The position numbers and the translations under genes are program-made. A DNA stretch of 64,000 bases from Felixounavirus LF82P2: the sequence record OZ035741.1. The stretch is one strand, 5' to 3'. Position 1 is the first letter of the stretch. Each line of letters starts with the position of its first letter. Below, piece by piece: positions 27,431 through 35,622 of this stretch. The notes under the pieces are model-generated. The model was given only the letters and a program-made list of their open reading frames with translations, searched no databases and was not told the DNA's origin.

Positions 27431-27485
27431 GCTGGTGAGTACCCGTTGGTTTATGCTGCTCAGTATACTCACCAAATTTTCTATG

Positions 27486-27674
27486 TCAACAACTTTCTAA
27501 TAAAGTTTTATGAAGATTTTGCTTAACGACCCGCCTCACATGCCTGTGTTCTTTCTTAATAAAGAGTGACCTCTTCTTGTCAGAGCGCCTATTCTTGTAA
27601 GTATTACTAGGATACTTATCATGAACCGGACAACAGCTACCCGGATTTGTAAACTTGATAATCTCTCTTTTCAC
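27486..27674 (-). CDS. small basic protein
   Basis: 62 aa, Arg/Lys-rich, immediately downstream of ligase. Confidence 0.35.
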   Translation of the reverse strand: MKREIIKFTNPGSCCPVHDKYPSNTYKNRRSDKKRSLFIKKEHRHVRRVVKQNLHKTLLESC

Positions 27675-28774
27675 TATTCATAATCCCTAATAACTAGCCC
27701 AACAGGGAACTGTAAAGAACCCTTACGAGTCATCTTCTGGAACTGAACCGTTAAAGGCTTCCCGATAAACTCTTCAGGATGCTCAGCAAGATACTGTTTC
27801 TTCTCGTGTGTAGTTTTCCATGAAACATCTACAAAGACGTTAGGAAGAGTCTCTACAACGAACTTACCATGACCACGCTTATCGGTCTTTACACCAGTCA
27901 CTTTAAACTCTTCAGTGTGCATCTTCTTGTGCTTAATCAAGAAGTATGAACGGTGACAACACTCATAGAAGGAGTCTTCAGAGATTGAACGGTACATTGC
28001 ACCTTCAAACTTAGCTTCAACCCACTTATCATGAGCTTCATCAAACTCTTCCCAAGAATTTACACGGATAGTCTGTACAGGAACAACTCTACAGGTATCC
28101 CCAAGCTCAACAATAGGTGAGTTATCAATAACTTCACGACGCTCAGGCCAAGATTTTGAATTGTCACAGATATCATACCAGTAGAATTTAAGAAGGTGAC
28201 GGTCTGGATTGTCAGCATTCTTAATCATAGATACAATATCTTCTAAGTCCCAACCATGAGCATAAATCTCTCCGTCAAAGTCTTCAACTTGCGGATGTAA
28301 TTTAAGCAACAAAAGCAAATCTGGGATTAGTTCTGTTGGAACGTTGTAAACAGTATTCTCACGAGAATAAGCTGTGAAACTGACTGCATCAGCATCTCTT
28401 GAAATTCTACAACGGACACCATCAAGTTTTGGTTGAGCATCAGCAGGGAACTTCAGATACTTTGCATGACTAACCTTTGCAGCATCATGAGCAAGCTGTA
28501 CACCTACCTTCTCAGTATTCTGTGCAGACTCTTTTGTGTAAGCATAACCTTTGCGGTCAACTTGCTTTTTATACTTAGCAGCAACTTCAAAGAGGGCTTG
28601 CTGTTCAGCGTTACGCTCATTCTTTTTACCGATGTTTTTAGGCTCTGCTGTATACTCTTCAAACATCATCTTGCCATTTTCTTTACCGTAGGTTGTAATA
28701 ACTTTGTCACCTACAGCAACGCATGACCAGACGTTGAAGGAACCGTCTTTATTTTGTTTGTACAGAATTGTCAT
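27674..28774 (-). CDS. ATP-dependent DNA ligase
   Basis: adenylation motif I KLDGVR (PKLDGVRCRI); 366 aa, typical of compact phage ligases. Confidence 0.75.
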   Translation of the reverse strand: MTILYKQNKDGSFNVWSCVAVGDKVITTYGKENGKMMFEEYTAEPKNIGKKNERNAEQQALFEVAAKYKKQVDRKGYAYTKESAQNTEKVGVQLAHDAAKVSHAKYLKFPADAQPKLDGVRCRISRDADAVSFTAYSRENTVYNVPTELIPDLLLLLKLHPQVEDFDGEIYAHGWDLEDIVSMIKNADNPDRHLLKFYWYDICDNSKSWPERREVIDNSPIVELGDTCRVVPVQTIRVNSWEEFDEAHDKWVEAKFEGAMYRSISEDSFYECCHRSYFLIKHKKMHTEEFKVTGVKTDKRGHGKFVVETLPNVFVDVSWKTTHEKKQYLAEHPEEFIGKPLTVQFQKMTRKGSLQFPVGLVIRDYE

Positions 28775-29076
28775 TTTCTCTTACCACCAATCTCTACGTC
28801 GATAACTTGAACATCGCCAGCAACATCAAACTTATGTATGATGCTTTCCACAGTATAAGTCCAACCATCAATGCGAACCATCTCACCTTCTCGTGGAACT
28901 ATTGGATTACGTTGAGCTACAGTTGTAGTGGAGTGAACAACATCATAACGATAGATATAGTTTACTAGGACTTCCATCGTGAAAACCTCACTCAATAACC
29001 GTAGTATGTGATTGTCCATTTTTGCCATAGCTGTAAGATGTTGTTGTTTGAGAGTTTGGACATCTGACAACAACAA
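28771..29076 (-). CDS. hypothetical protein
   Basis: 101 aa ORF; true start uncertain. Confidence 0.3.
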   Translation of the reverse strand: MLLSDVQTLKQQHLTAMAKMDNHILRLLSEVFTMEVLVNYIYRYDVVHSTTTVAQRNPIVPREGEMVRIDGWTYTVESIIHKFDVAGDVQVIDVEIGGKRK

Positions 29077-29224
29077 TATCTCTGCTTATAGCATCACCAT
29101 GTAACTTGTATACTCTGCAATCTTGCATCTCTGGTGGGAGGCTATAAGAAGCATTTTTATCTTCATAAGAAGGGTTGCAGCCAGATAGAAAAATAACACC
29201 AAGCGCAATTACCACTTTCCACAT
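28988..29224 (-). CDS. small lipoprotein (outer-membrane type)
   Basis: internal ATG at 29224 with GGAG 8 nt upstream; signal MWKVVIALGVIFLSG followed by Cys (lipobox LSGC); residue +2 is Asn; mature part about 62 aa with 3 further Cys. Confidence 0.5.
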   Translation of the reverse strand: MWKVVIALGVIFLSGCNPSYEDKNASYSLPPEMQDCRVYKLHGDAISRDIVVVRCPNSQTTTSYSYGKNGQSHTTVIE

Positions 29225-29237
29225 AACACTACTCCTA

Positions 29238-29480
29238 TTACTGTTCACGATGTTCTACTTCTCTGTACGTTCGTCGATAGTATATAATAAGCTGTGCTAA
29301 CTCGTTGCTTTTAACATCTGAACGTAGCAGTTGCCAATCAAAACCTTTACCGACTCTTCCATATAAACTAAACAGTTTTACTTTGCGTTTCATTTTGGTA
29401 TACCAATACTCAGAAGTCAATATTAATACGTTCGCCCTTAAGGACTCCAGTACGGTCTCTTGCAATCTTGCCGTCAACAA
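29238..29480 (-). CDS. hypothetical small protein
   Basis: 80 aa ORF in tightly packed early block. Confidence 0.3.
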   Translation of the reverse strand: MLTARLQETVLESLRANVLILTSEYWYTKMKRKVKLFSLYGRVGKGFDWQLLRSDVKSNELAQLIIYYRRTYREVEHREQ

Positions 29481-29637
29481 TAAGGATATGTGCAGCCCTT
29501 AAAGAGTCACTATTAAAAGCTTTTACGAACTTACTAGGCATCACTACAATGGGCATCTCCTGAATCAACTCTGGAGTATAGCAATTGTCGTGAAGTTGCT
29601 GAATAACGTCTGCAAGTGTCATTTTTGATGTCTCCAA
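29410..29637 (-). CDS. hypothetical small protein
   Basis: 75 aa ORF, overlaps neighbour in a different frame. Confidence 0.3.
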   Translation of the reverse strand: METSKMTLADVIQQLHDNCYTPELIQEMPIVVMPSKFVKAFNSDSLRAAHILIVDGKIARDRTGVLKGERINIDF

Positions 29638-29828
29638 TACTCAATGTCAATAAGTTCTTGTGCAATGCTTTTAAGGTTACCTTTCAAGAAAACCTTCTCA
29701 GAACCTGAAAGAGATGAATTGTCAATTAACCTGTTCATTCTCTCAAACAACTTCTGCTTACGATTTTTGATAGTCTCCTTTGAAGCACCTTTCATCATTG
29801 CTGCATGGGTTCTTCCACGATGGCTCAT
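29619..29828 (-). CDS. hypothetical small basic protein
   Basis: 69 aa ORF, Lys/Arg-rich. Confidence 0.3.
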   Translation of the reverse strand: MSHRGRTHAAMMKGASKETIKNRKQKLFERMNRLIDNSSLSGSEKVFLKGNLKSIAQELIDIEYWRHQK

Positions 29829-29879
29829 AAGCCCTCCTATATAAGATACAGTATAAGGTACTCTTCCATGAGCACCTTG

Positions 29880-30443
29880 TCAACTTAGTTTTGCAAACTC
29901 TCCGTGGAGTTTAATAGCAGCTTCACAGTAAGCTTTATGGGCTTCTTCTGGTGTGTCAAACATACCAAGATGATAGTTTTTACCTTGTAAACGTATCATT
30001 GCTCGAAACCTTTTACTTATCTTCTGTACACCTTTTGGCAACCCAGATGGGGACTTTCTTGACCGATTGCAAGAGTTTTGTGAAGCTGTACAAACCCTTA
30101 AATTCAAGTACCTATTGTCCCAACCGTCCCCATTCTTATGGTCAACCTGTAAGTTTTTATCAGGCAGGTATCCATCCACATATAGTATTGCTAGACGGTT
30201 AGCTTGGTAGCCTTTACCATCAAGCAATAACTGAACAGACTTGTGACCATCTGTGTTTATCCTATAATTTCCTGCCTTTTTACCTCCAAAACGAGAGTTG
30301 AAGTTCTTATTGCCTCGTGATACCGGCTCTCTAAACTTCCAAGTAAAGACCCCTGTTTCGGGGTCGTAGTCCAATAGCTCCTTAAGACGAATTTCTGTAA
30401 TCATTTCAACACCATCAATGTACTTCCAACCAGCTCTTACCAA
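29880..30443 (-). CDS. HNH homing endonuclease with AP2-like DNA-binding domain
   Basis: HNH motif VDHKNGDGWDNRYLNLRVCTASQN; N-terminal YDPETGVFTW shared with paralogue at 39995-40519; overlaps 3' end of DNA polymerase gene. Confidence 0.7.
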   Translation of the reverse strand: MVRAGWKYIDGVEMITEIRLKELLDYDPETGVFTWKFREPVSRGNKNFNSRFGGKKAGNYRINTDGHKSVQLLLDGKGYQANRLAILYVDGYLPDKNLQVDHKNGDGWDNRYLNLRVCTASQNSCNRSRKSPSGLPKGVQKISKRFRAMIRLQGKNYHLGMFDTPEEAHKAYCEAAIKLHGEFAKLS

Positions 30444-33114
30444 CCTTACCTGTGCCAGTTACAAGCGTCTCACTCTTCAAACCTAAATTCTTAGATGCCT
30501 GACCATACATCCAGTCAGTTATGGCTTTCACTTCTTGAGTCATACTTTCTGGACATTCCCAACTGTTTTCATCGTGGTATGCCAGCAAAAGCCTAGCACC
30601 AATTGCTGGTTTTCGTCCATTTAATTTTGTCAACCCTTCTTCACATGCTCTTCTACAAGCAAGGTTAATTGCCTCATTTTGAATCTGAGCCTCCGAACCC
30701 ATGAGCAAATAATTCAATAACTTATGTGGAGATTTACACCACAACCAAGCTCCAGCAACCTTTACGAAGCCACCTTTAGAGATTGCAGCAGTCTTACCAA
30801 ACACCTCTTCAAGTGCCTTTTTAGTTGCTTTGTAGTCAGCTTCCAAGTCATCTAGCAGCTTCTTAATTTTAGGCAAACGAATAAAGTAAGTCTGTTTAGT
30901 CAGTGCACCTTCCTGAGTAGTTGCAGCTTTAATCGTCTTAGCAAACTTCTCATCACCTGCACCGAACAGCAGTGCATAGATACCATTCTTAGCTTTCTTA
31001 CGGCCTTTGCTAATCTCATGGAGGAGGTTCTCATCCTGAGTAGCTCGACAAGTCAAGATGTCCTGCTCATCATTCAAGCTAAAGTAAATACTGTTCAGTG
31101 TATGTGCATCAGTCCCTGAATAGACAACGTACAGGTCATTTTCAGAGTCATAGCGAAGGTACTTATCAATCTCTGGGTTGAGGTACTCATCAAAATGTTT
31201 GCAGTAATAGCGTCCATCTTCTTGACGAATGAACTCAATTTCTTCTTTACCTTGCGTTACCGCTTTGGTGAAGTCCTTATCACCCATAAAGTTACAAAGC
31301 AGAACTAGCTGGGCTGAGTTCATGTCTACAGAGACAACGTTAGTACCTTCCTCACAAATCCACACTGCCCTCATTGGTTCCCCATAGACAGCAGCACCAG
31401 ACGGTACGTTTACAATACCATATTGTGTCATACGTCCAGTTGAAGTACCGAACACCATTGCACCAGCACTAAGGCGACCATCAGGACGAATCTGGTTCAA
31501 CCAACCTTTTTCATCATCCTTTGAGTTCTCAATAGTTCTGCGTCGGTGCATCAAAGTATAGTACTTAGCAATCTTCTGTCCAAGTTCACCTTCAATCGTA
31601 TCATAAGATGATTCAGTAAGTTTTGGTGAAGTACGGATTAAGCAAGGCTCAAGCAAATCTGTGTATTTCTTCACAGACCAGTTATGCTCGATGTACTGGA
31701 CGCCTTCATGCTCGACATAACTCAATCCACACCGTTCTACCATCTCCTGCCACTTAGGATGTTTTGTAATCATCTTTTTATTGTCTTTGAAACGACAAAC
31801 TTTGACAGGGCGACCGTCTGAGTCTTTCTTGTAGTTCCAGTCATCTGGAATCCAACCAACTGATTTCAAGTAGTCTTTTACAACTGCTACCTGAGTCATA
31901 CGAGAAACTTCAAACTCAATTGGTGTATATGGTGCATCAATCAATCCTGTGTAGCGACTTGACTCAAGTTCAAAGTGGTTAACAACGTGGCTGTTATAGT
32001 ACTTCACAGTTTTGACTGTTTTTACTGGCTTCCAGTCTTTGCATTTCTTACCAATCTTTGCGTTCAACTCATTGCAAATTGCACGAGCATCCTTCATTGC
32101 TACAAAGCCTTCCTTGTACTCTTCACCAGTTACAGAGTTGGTTGGTGTATAGCAATTTCTCTTTTCAATGTTAAAAATCTTTGTAGTTGGCTTACCAAAT
32201 GGTTTGATTTCGTATGTCTGCATCTCACCGTTACGCACCTGTTGACGGTACTTCGTCTTAGGATACTTGGTGATTCTCTTCAACCCATCTGCATGACCAA
32301 ATGTTTCAACATACTCATTCCAAGCCTTTGCAAACTCTTCACCAGTTACTTTACCTTTGGTCTTAATAGTTGGAGGTAGATGTGGTTCAACCTCTGAAGC
32401 AAGCTCATTAGTCAACTTGTCAAGTTCCTTTACATGGAACTCCATAAGCTCTTTATCAGCTTTCCAACCATTGATAGCTTGCTGGCTCATCCAGAAAGAT
32501 GTTTCTTTAGCTCGCATGTAGGTTTCATAAGTATCTATGCCACACTTCTTAAGCTTGAGATACTCATTATCAAGTGCCCGTTTAGTTTTGGCGTTAATAC
32601 GGATATCTTCTACAACACGAGTGAAGATTTCTGCATTCCACACACCCCAATGTTCAATCTCTGGTTTACGAACACCAACACGAGCACCCCATGCAGCCAA
32701 ACCATGAGCACCTTTATAACCCTTTGGAGTTGGTCTATCCATCCACTGAACACGAGACTGGATAAGAGAATCCTGAAAGAAATTACTCCACGGTTTACAC
32801 TTTGGGTTATCAAAGTTCCATAAATCAGGTGCAATGTGATTGAAAACCCACCAGTCATAACCGAGACCGTTATGGATGCAAAGACGTTTTGCCTTTAACG
32901 CAAACTCAATACCTTCACGTAAGCCACCCTTGATGTACTTGGTGTACTTGTGACCGAGAATAGGTTCATCTGTAAAGACCCATACAGGTGGCTCTTCATC
33001 GTCAGATTTATAGTCTGCGAAAGCCATTACGTGCACTTTAGTGAACTCAAGGAGTAAACCATCAGTTTCTGTATCACCAACTAAATGTAAGTTTTTAAAA
33101 TCTACGTTTTCCAT
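30415..33114 (-). CDS. DNA polymerase, family A, with 3'-5' exonuclease domain
   Basis: exo motif DTETDGL; Pol A motif A-like VVSVDMNSAQLVLL, motif B-like KNGIYALLFGAG, motif C YHDE; best start ATG at 33114 (MENVDF...) with RBS AGGGAG, track start 33144 is further upstream. Confidence 0.85.
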   Translation of the reverse strand: MENVDFKNLHLVGDTETDGLLLEFTKVHVMAFADYKSDDEEPPVWVFTDEPILGHKYTKYIKGGLREGIEFALKAKRLCIHNGLGYDWWVFNHIAPDLWNFDNPKCKPWSNFFQDSLIQSRVQWMDRPTPKGYKGAHGLAAWGARVGVRKPEIEHWGVWNAEIFTRVVEDIRINAKTKRALDNEYLKLKKCGIDTYETYMRAKETSFWMSQQAINGWKADKELMEFHVKELDKLTNELASEVEPHLPPTIKTKGKVTGEEFAKAWNEYVETFGHADGLKRITKYPKTKYRQQVRNGEMQTYEIKPFGKPTTKIFNIEKRNCYTPTNSVTGEEYKEGFVAMKDARAICNELNAKIGKKCKDWKPVKTVKTVKYYNSHVVNHFELESSRYTGLIDAPYTPIEFEVSRMTQVAVVKDYLKSVGWIPDDWNYKKDSDGRPVKVCRFKDNKKMITKHPKWQEMVERCGLSYVEHEGVQYIEHNWSVKKYTDLLEPCLIRTSPKLTESSYDTIEGELGQKIAKYYTLMHRRRTIENSKDDEKGWLNQIRPDGRLSAGAMVFGTSTGRMTQYGIVNVPSGAAVYGEPMRAVWICEEGTNVVSVDMNSAQLVLLCNFMGDKDFTKAVTQGKEEIEFIRQEDGRYYCKHFDEYLNPEIDKYLRYDSENDLYVVYSGTDAHTLNSIYFSLNDEQDILTCRATQDENLLHEISKGRKKAKNGIYALLFGAGDEKFAKTIKAATTQEGALTKQTYFIRLPKIKKLLDDLEADYKATKKALEEVFGKTAAISKGGFVKVAGAWLWCKSPHKLLNYLLMGSEAQIQNEAINLACRRACEEGLTKLNGRKPAIGARLLLAYHDENSWECPESMTQEVKAITDWMYGQASKNLGLKSETLVTGTGKVGKSWLEVH

Positions 33115-33144
33115 TTTTACTCCCTCTAAAATCATTAACCTCAT

Positions 33145-33371
33145 ACATTACTGCAAAAAATTATAAAAAGCAAGTTGACAATGCACTTGACAAGGTGTTA
33201 ATCTTTGCGAAGTGGGTTTTTACTTAAAAGGTTACTTAACAGTTTAACTATACAGATACTTTAAAACTCTTAAAAGATTATTTAATAGCTTTTAAAAAGC
33301 TTTAAAGTATAACGTATAGAATACGTTAAGATAAAAGATTAAAACTTAATAGTTACTTAAAAGAGGCTTAC
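33145..33371. promoter_or_regulatory. divergent intergenic control region (DNA polymerase operon / rightward early operon)
   Basis: tandem TTGACA hexamers at 33175-33180 and 33187-33192; minus-strand TATAAT at 33160-33165; TAGAAT at 33317-33322 embedded in palindrome AACGTA-TAGAA-TACGTT; AT-rich with TTAAAAG repeats. Confidence 0.35.
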
Positions 33372-33794
33372 ATGCAGAAAATGTTTGTTCACCCAGACAT
33401 AGCTGACTTTGTTAGAGCTTTGCAGAAGTTGGAAGAACTTGACATTGCTGCTCAGCGGGAATATGCTCACCATCACAGGAGAATGGTTGATATACAACAT
33501 GAAATAGAGTTGTCTGAAAACTATGAAGACGACTTAAAATGCTCTGTATTTGAGCATATGAAAGATGTTGCTACAGCGAGACGTAAAGCTAAAGACACAG
33601 TTGCTTTACTAGATTCTCTTAAAAAGAGGTTGCAAAGTGGTACAGACCTGTGTAATCTAGCGTCACTGATTAACGATGTTGAAACTTCTTGGGATAGGCA
33701 CTATTATCCACGTTCTGAAAAGACACTTGACTTTTCTTCATCCGAAAACTTAAAATGTTCTAGAAAGAAACTTAACCAACTGAGAGAGAAATAA
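33372..33794 (+). CDS. hypothetical early protein
   Basis: 140 aa ORF, first gene of rightward block. Confidence 0.4.
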   Translation: MQKMFVHPDIADFVRALQKLEELDIAAQREYAHHHRRMVDIQHEIELSENYEDDLKCSVFEHMKDVATARRKAKDTVALLDSLKKRLQSGTDLCNLASLINDVETSWDRHYYPRSEKTLDFSSSENLKCSRKKLNQLREK

Positions 33795-33795
33795 T

Positions 33796-34608
33796 ATGAA
33801 TATCGATGTAGAAAAGATGCTTGAAGAGAAAGGTGTTGATGAAGCATTCTTAATCAATGCCGTAGAAATCATGGCTATGATTCTTCGTGGTAATAACTAC
33901 ACAGAACAGTTTATGCCTGCAAGCTATAACTTGCCTGAAGACAAGTCTGATAACGGTGCTTTTGCAGAACAGGTCAACATGATGTTAACAGACACTACAC
34001 TTGCTCTGGCATCTATTGCGGTTGGTGTTGATGCACTTGCTGAGTTCATTTTTTATGAAATGCAAAAGAATGACTATATCAGGATGTCAGACGAAGATAA
34101 GGAACTGTTGCTGACTAAGGACACTGATTTCATTATTGATACGCTTATCTCATCAACGAGTGCTGTTATGGCTGTTCTTGAGAAGCGTATGGAAGAGAAA
34201 CTTTCACGATATGAAAAACTTGATTGGGGCGTAGAAGAATTAAACCCACGAATCAAAGAGATTATCCAGCAAACTAAAGAGTCTTTGGAAGAAGCTGTTG
34301 AAAATGACTCTGTAGCTGACATTGAACCACTTCAGGTGAAAGTTGCACTGATGATTCCAGCTATCTCTACGATGATGAATATCGTTGCACTAATCCAACT
34401 GTCACAGATGATGGGTGTGAGTATTGAGTTCATTGAGGAAATGACTGGTGGCGTTAGTATGCAAGCAATCAATGATGTTCTGGTGAGCATTGGTGCTTCA
34501 ATCATTGAAGAGAAGCTGCGCATTAACTTTGGTGATGATTTTGTGAAGCAAATCTCAGCTATGGCTGAAAAAGAGTATTCACAGGCTAATACTGACCAAC
34601 TGCACTAA
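33796..34608 (+). CDS. hypothetical acidic protein
   Basis: 270 aa ORF, acidic; followed by terminator. Confidence 0.4.
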   Translation: MNIDVEKMLEEKGVDEAFLINAVEIMAMILRGNNYTEQFMPASYNLPEDKSDNGAFAEQVNMMLTDTTLALASIAVGVDALAEFIFYEMQKNDYIRMSDEDKELLLTKDTDFIIDTLISSTSAVMAVLEKRMEEKLSRYEKLDWGVEELNPRIKEIIQQTKESLEEAVENDSVADIEPLQVKVALMIPAISTMMNIVALIQLSQMMGVSIEFIEEMTGGVSMQAINDVLVSIGASIIEEKLRINFGDDFVKQISAMAEKEYSQANTDQLH

Positions 34609-34625
34609 GTCTTTATAAATCTTAC

Positions 34626-34650
34626 AAGCCTCCTTAGTTGGGGGCTTTTT
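34626..34650 (+). terminator. intrinsic terminator
   Basis: AAGCCTCC-TTAGTT-GGGGGCTT followed by TTTTT. Confidence 0.5.
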
Positions 34651-34669
34651 AGTAATTAATGGAGATAAG

Positions 34670-35413
34670 ATGAGTAATATTATAGCATTTACTGGAAAGG
34701 CGCGTTCTGGAAAAGACACCTCATGTTCTATTGTGAAGAACATCTTAGAGGATGAGCACGGCTACAATGTTGCAGTAATGGCCTTTGCAGACAACCTTAA
34801 ACTATCTGCATCAAAGATATTTGACTTGACTTGGAATGACCTGTACGGTGAAACTAAAGAGACTCCGCAGGTATTTGACTTATCATATCATGAACTGATG
34901 TTTAAAGTTACGGAAGCTATGGAGTTCACCTTCAGGGATGAACGTTACCATATGGACTTCAAGCTTATGTCAGAGTTAACCGGACGATTAATCATGGAGC
35001 TTAAGAAGGTTGCTAAACCGACTCTATTGACACGTCTGGGGTTTAGTAAAAAGTATAAATTCTCATCAAGACAAATTCAACAGATTTGGGGTACTGAAGT
35101 TGTCCGTAAAGTAATGGGCGACAAGTTCTGGTCTAAAGACCTTGAAAAAAGAATGGTTAGATTCCATGAAATGTGCTCACTTAGAAATCAATATGGTTTT
35201 GTCTTAATCAGTGATTTAAGATTTGACTCTGAAGCTGAATGGCTGAGTAGATTTGCACACCAAACTATTGAAGTAAAAAGAGACAATGTGGACAAAGTTT
35301 CATCACATGTTTCAGAAAATGGGATTTCTACAAAATATGAGCGTGACATTATTCATAATAATGGTACTCTTGCAGACCTTGAGAACAAGCTAAGAGCCAT
35401 CATTAAAGTTTGA
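34670..35413 (+). CDS. deoxynucleoside monophosphate kinase
   Basis: P-loop FTGKARSGKDT matches T4 gene 1 dNMP kinase N-terminus (SGVKRSGKDT); C-terminal NNGTLADLENK resembles T4 NDGSLEEL. Confidence 0.75.
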   Translation: MSNIIAFTGKARSGKDTSCSIVKNILEDEHGYNVAVMAFADNLKLSASKIFDLTWNDLYGETKETPQVFDLSYHELMFKVTEAMEFTFRDERYHMDFKLMSELTGRLIMELKKVAKPTLLTRLGFSKKYKFSSRQIQQIWGTEVVRKVMGDKFWSKDLEKRMVRFHEMCSLRNQYGFVLISDLRFDSEAEWLSRFAHQTIEVKRDNVDKVSSHVSENGISTKYERDIIHNNGTLADLENKLRAIIKV

Positions 35414-35622
35414 AAGAGATAATGAAGATGAGAGTAAAAGACAATTTTAAAGTTATTGACCACCGTTTAGTGGAACTCTCATCTCTTTCCAATGAGGTAA
35501 TGATTGAACGTCTTAAGAGAGTTGAATCACGAAGGAAAGAGATTGCAGATGAAATTCATGAACTGGACAAGATTGAAAATGGATTGAAGGCAGAACTACA
35601 ACGAAGAGGTGCTAATGTCTAA
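35410..35622 (+). CDS. hypothetical coiled-coil protein
   Basis: 70 aa ORF translationally coupled on both sides. Confidence 0.35.
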   Translation: MKEIMKMRVKDNFKVIDHRLVELSSLSNEVMIERLKRVESRRKEIADEIHELDKIENGLKAELQRRGANV

